Sequence record: NC_031120.1
Length of the DNA stretch: 64,000 nt
Reading direction: 5' to 3' (one strand)
In this document: positions 61,298 to 64,000 of the stretch, piece by piece
Layout: each line of letters begins with the position of its first letter
Position numbering within the stretch: position 1 is the stretch's first letter
Position numbers and translations under genes: made by a program
Notes under the pieces: model-generated
What the model was told of the DNA's origin: nothing
Seen by the model: only the letters and a program-made list of their open reading frames with translations
The model's database searches: none

Positions 61298-62125
61298 ATG
61301 CTCAACTATGCTAAGCCGTCGAACGAGCTGGTCTTTGACCTCATCAACCGCGACAACCCGAACTTGCCGTTTAAAGCAGACGCGAATAACTGTATCGTTG
61401 AGAAGATTACCAACGTCGCAGTTAACGCCGAGTCAAACTTCCGCAATACCTCGGCCCGTCTGCGTGGGGTACAAGGCTCCGGCTTCCGCGATGCTATTAC
61501 GGTGTACTACGATCGTGTGAACCTGGCCCGTCTTATCCCATGGGGTACGTCGGTACAGGCGCAGTTCGTCACCTTCGATGCACCGAACATTCACGGGGCG
61601 TTTGCCGTGCTGCTCGATACCTACGGGATTAACTTCACGGCCATCGACATCACCAACTATGGTCTCAACGGCGCGAAGCAGGCGAACTACACGTCTACCA
61701 CCACGATTAACGCCCTGGCCACCTCCCCAGCGTACATCGGCTCAGCCAACGTGCGTTACAGTCGTGGTCTGCCGGTGTTGGATACTTCTGTCACCAATGA
61801 GGTTCTGGTGGCGATTGTCGAACCGGTTGACCCAGCACTTGGGAAGAAGTGTATCGACATGTGGACGTACGGCATTGACTTCACGGCGTACAAAAACTTG
61901 CTGACGGTAGATGCTTCCGGTCTGCCACAGTGGGCGGGGCTGCGTAAGATTCTGGATGACCTCGGTGTACCGAGCTACTCCGGACCGCTCAACAGTAACA
62001 CCGTGCAGGACGTGGCCACCTCGACTGCCCAGTTCGCAAACAAAGCGTACGACCGCGTCGTTATCCAAACGGGTATCGACGAAACGGGTGTGAAAGGTGT
62101 GGCGTACTATCACTACAACAGCTAA
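61298..62125 (+). CDS. tail/baseplate paralog family member 7
   Basis: same motifs; AYYHYN. Confidence 0.65.
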   Translation: MLNYAKPSNELVFDLINRDNPNLPFKADANNCIVEKITNVAVNAESNFRNTSARLRGVQGSGFRDAITVYYDRVNLARLIPWGTSVQAQFVTFDAPNIHGAFAVLLDTYGINFTAIDITNYGLNGAKQANYTSTTTINALATSPAYIGSANVRYSRGLPVLDTSVTNEVLVAIVEPVDPALGKKCIDMWTYGIDFTAYKNLLTVDASGLPQWAGLRKILDDLGVPSYSGPLNSNTVQDVATSTAQFANKAYDRVVIQTGIDETGVKGVAYYHYNS

Positions 62126-62130
62126 GTGTG

Positions 62131-62155
62131 GGGGAGCTTCGGCTCCCCTTCTTCT
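62131..62155 (+). terminator. intrinsic terminator (weak U tail)
   Basis: GGGGAGC-TTCG-GCTCCCC-TTCTTCT. Confidence 0.65.
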
Positions 62156-62172
62156 GGCGATGCGGAGTCCCT

Positions 62173-63543
62173 ATGCTATTTTATTCAAAGGAGGCAGCGC
62201 TGCTCGTATACGACCAGGTCAATCGGGATAACCCAGACATGGTCGTGGAGTTGACGCCAGCTATCGCCGCCTTAACCAGTGGCCCTACGACGGTCTCGTC
62301 GAACGGCCGCAACACGAAAGCTGTCTTTACCGGGTTTCCCGGCTCGGGGTTGCAGGGCAATGCCACTGTCTACTACGACCGGATTAACCTGGCGCAATTA
62401 TTTAATTTTGTGCCGTTGGTGAGTATCGAGGACACCGTCACTACCTATCAGGATGCGCTTCCAACCATCAACGACGCTTTAGGCTTGTCCTTAACCGCAG
62501 CCGATATTCAAAACCCAACCACCGCGTTACCGAAACCCAACATTTCGGCACAGACGTTAAAGCTGACTATCAGTGGGAACTGCCCTGCTTTTACCGGCAG
62601 TTTGACGGTTACGTATCGTGTCCCGGGCGGTGCGAGTTACCCAGACTCTGGACCAGGGCCGAAGGAGTTGCTGCAAGGTAACACCATTGCAGGTTATTTT
62701 GGCACTACCACTTCAGCGGAACTGTTTACCCATCAGCAACTGATTACCGAGGTCTTCAAGAAAGGTACACTGCCATCAATATACGTCGGGACGGAAGGCT
62801 GGCATAAGTTCTTCTATCAAGGACGGGTCATTTACGTGCCGATAACCCAGATAGCCGATAAGGTTTCCTGGAACACCTTATATAACGAAGGTGTGGTTTA
62901 TGGTACGGATGACAATGGTAAGTATCCCGCTACCGCACCTGTGAATCAAGGTCGTGTGATTTCCTTTGCCGGTCCAGACGGTGAGCGTTTCTATTTCACC
63001 GTCCGTTTGCCAAGCGGGGGGAAAGACCCGTATGTACCGGGTACACCGACTGCTGCTGAGTTAGCAGGCAGTGAAGCTGAACTCATCAACTTCCTGTACA
63101 ATGGGCAATGGGGTAAACTCACTGGGGGCTTTTGGACTAACTACACGCTGTTCCGGGATACGCTCAGCACAAACAACGCGTATAACCGTGTAGCCACGTT
63201 ATCCGGCAGTGCTTGGTCTAACTTCGCTAAGGCCACCGGAGGAGGTACCTTCTACTGGATTCCTATTCTGGAACTGGTGGATAAGAACACGGTTACGCTT
63301 GGATTGGAAGATGTCCTGGGTAATGTTGACCATACACTGCAACCGATTCCGGTTACGCCGGTTAACACGATGGAACTCCATCCTCCAGTGCTGGGTAATG
63401 CGAAGACCGTTGACTTTGGCCCGGTACTGTTCTCTACGGATAACAGCATGGCGCTCCATCCACCGGCCTTAGGCTTGCCGAAAACCGTCGACTTCACCCC
63501 AATCGCCTTTACGGCTGAGATGTATACCCCGCCGGAAAGTTAA
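62173..63543 (+). CDS. tail fibre-like protein: family N-domain fused to a different C-domain
   Basis: ATG 62173; N-domain as array; GPGP..LL.G....GYFG domain; C-terminal repeat LHPP.LG..KTVDF.P x2. Confidence 0.6.
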   Translation: MLFYSKEAALLVYDQVNRDNPDMVVELTPAIAALTSGPTTVSSNGRNTKAVFTGFPGSGLQGNATVYYDRINLAQLFNFVPLVSIEDTVTTYQDALPTINDALGLSLTAADIQNPTTALPKPNISAQTLKLTISGNCPAFTGSLTVTYRVPGGASYPDSGPGPKELLQGNTIAGYFGTTTSAELFTHQQLITEVFKKGTLPSIYVGTEGWHKFFYQGRVIYVPITQIADKVSWNTLYNEGVVYGTDDNGKYPATAPVNQGRVISFAGPDGERFYFTVRLPSGGKDPYVPGTPTAAELAGSEAELINFLYNGQWGKLTGGFWTNYTLFRDTLSTNNAYNRVATLSGSAWSNFAKATGGGTFYWIPILELVDKNTVTLGLEDVLGNVDHTLQPIPVTPVNTMELHPPVLGNAKTVDFGPVLFSTDNSMALHPPALGLPKTVDFTPIAFTAEMYTPPES

Positions 63544-63555
63544 GAGGTAGTTATC

Positions 63556-64000
63556 ATGTCATTTACATTGCGTTGGAAAAACCCAAACGTAATTGCCACG
63601 GTGGTGAATATCTACCGTGACACCAAAGAGATTTCTGTTAGTGCGCTGCCTGCCCCGATTGCGACTTTGTCCAATGGCGAGACCGAGTGGCGTGATACCA
63701 CCGCACTAGGTGGGTCGACTTACTACTACCTGCTGACCGTTACCGCCAACGGGAAGACGGTCGCGTCGGCCAGCCAGAAGTACGTGGTGGAAGTTAAGCG
63801 CGGTATCGGCCCAATGACCATTATTACCGGCGATGACCGCCTGGGTTTCATGGGACCGGTTCCTTACGACGAACAGTGGCAGCCTAATCAAATGCCACCG
63901 AGTTTCCAGGCAATGTACCCGACGCTGTTAACCGATCGTGTCGCGCTGTACAAGTTTACCCGTAACGGCAAAATCTTGTACACGTTAAGTAACAATACCC
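63556..64000 (+). CDS. tail-associated protein, partial (runs off window)
   Basis: MSFTLRWKNPN...YYYLLT (FN3-like) then GP..I.TGDD.LGFMG, related to the preceding gene's C-domain; open to the end. Confidence 0.65.
   Translation, partial: MSFTLRWKNPNVIATVVNIYRDTKEISVSALPAPIATLSNGETEWRDTTALGGSTYYYLLTVTANGKTVASASQKYVVEVKRGIGPMTIITGDDRLGFMGPVPYDEQWQPNQMPPSFQAMYPTLLTDRVALYKFTRNGKILYTLSNNT

Noticed and set aside
1-64000. CRISPR array, tRNA, group I intron/intein, transposase, chimallin or PhuZ
   Set aside because: No regularly spaced repeats, cloverleafs or diagnostic motifs recognised by eye; nucleus formation cannot be shown from this window

Overview
Segment of a phiKZ-like jumbo myophage genome (Chimalliviridae; gene order and cleavage-site positions resemble SPN3US-like enterobacterial giant phages as I recall them). 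About 86 tightly packed CDSs, all on + except the DnaB-like helicase and the portal. Core block (1-23.5 kb): hub-like virion protein, helicase, major capsid protein, non-virion RNAP beta-like subunit, portal, baseplate proteins, RuvC-like resolvase. Accessory block (24-56 kb): GNATs, SLOG protein, internal head protein, dTMP kinase, HTH regulator, Dam embedded in a tandem-GNAT paralog run, 2OG-Fe(II) oxygenase, an HslU-like ATPase lacking the HslV-activating tail followed by two catalytically degenerate prohead-protease-fold genes, a QueC-like PP-loop ATPase and a DUF488-like gene overprinted on it. From 56 kb: a tandem array of eight paralogous tail/baseplate genes. Regulatory grammar read directly from sequence: an AGATAKATRTTAYC-N3-RKGA motif (8 copies), a fixed-spacing TAC-N15-TRTG motif (9 copies) and about 20 mostly cUUCGg intrinsic terminators. 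No tRNA, CRISPR array, intron or transposase was recognised. All family calls are by eye from motifs; no searches were run.
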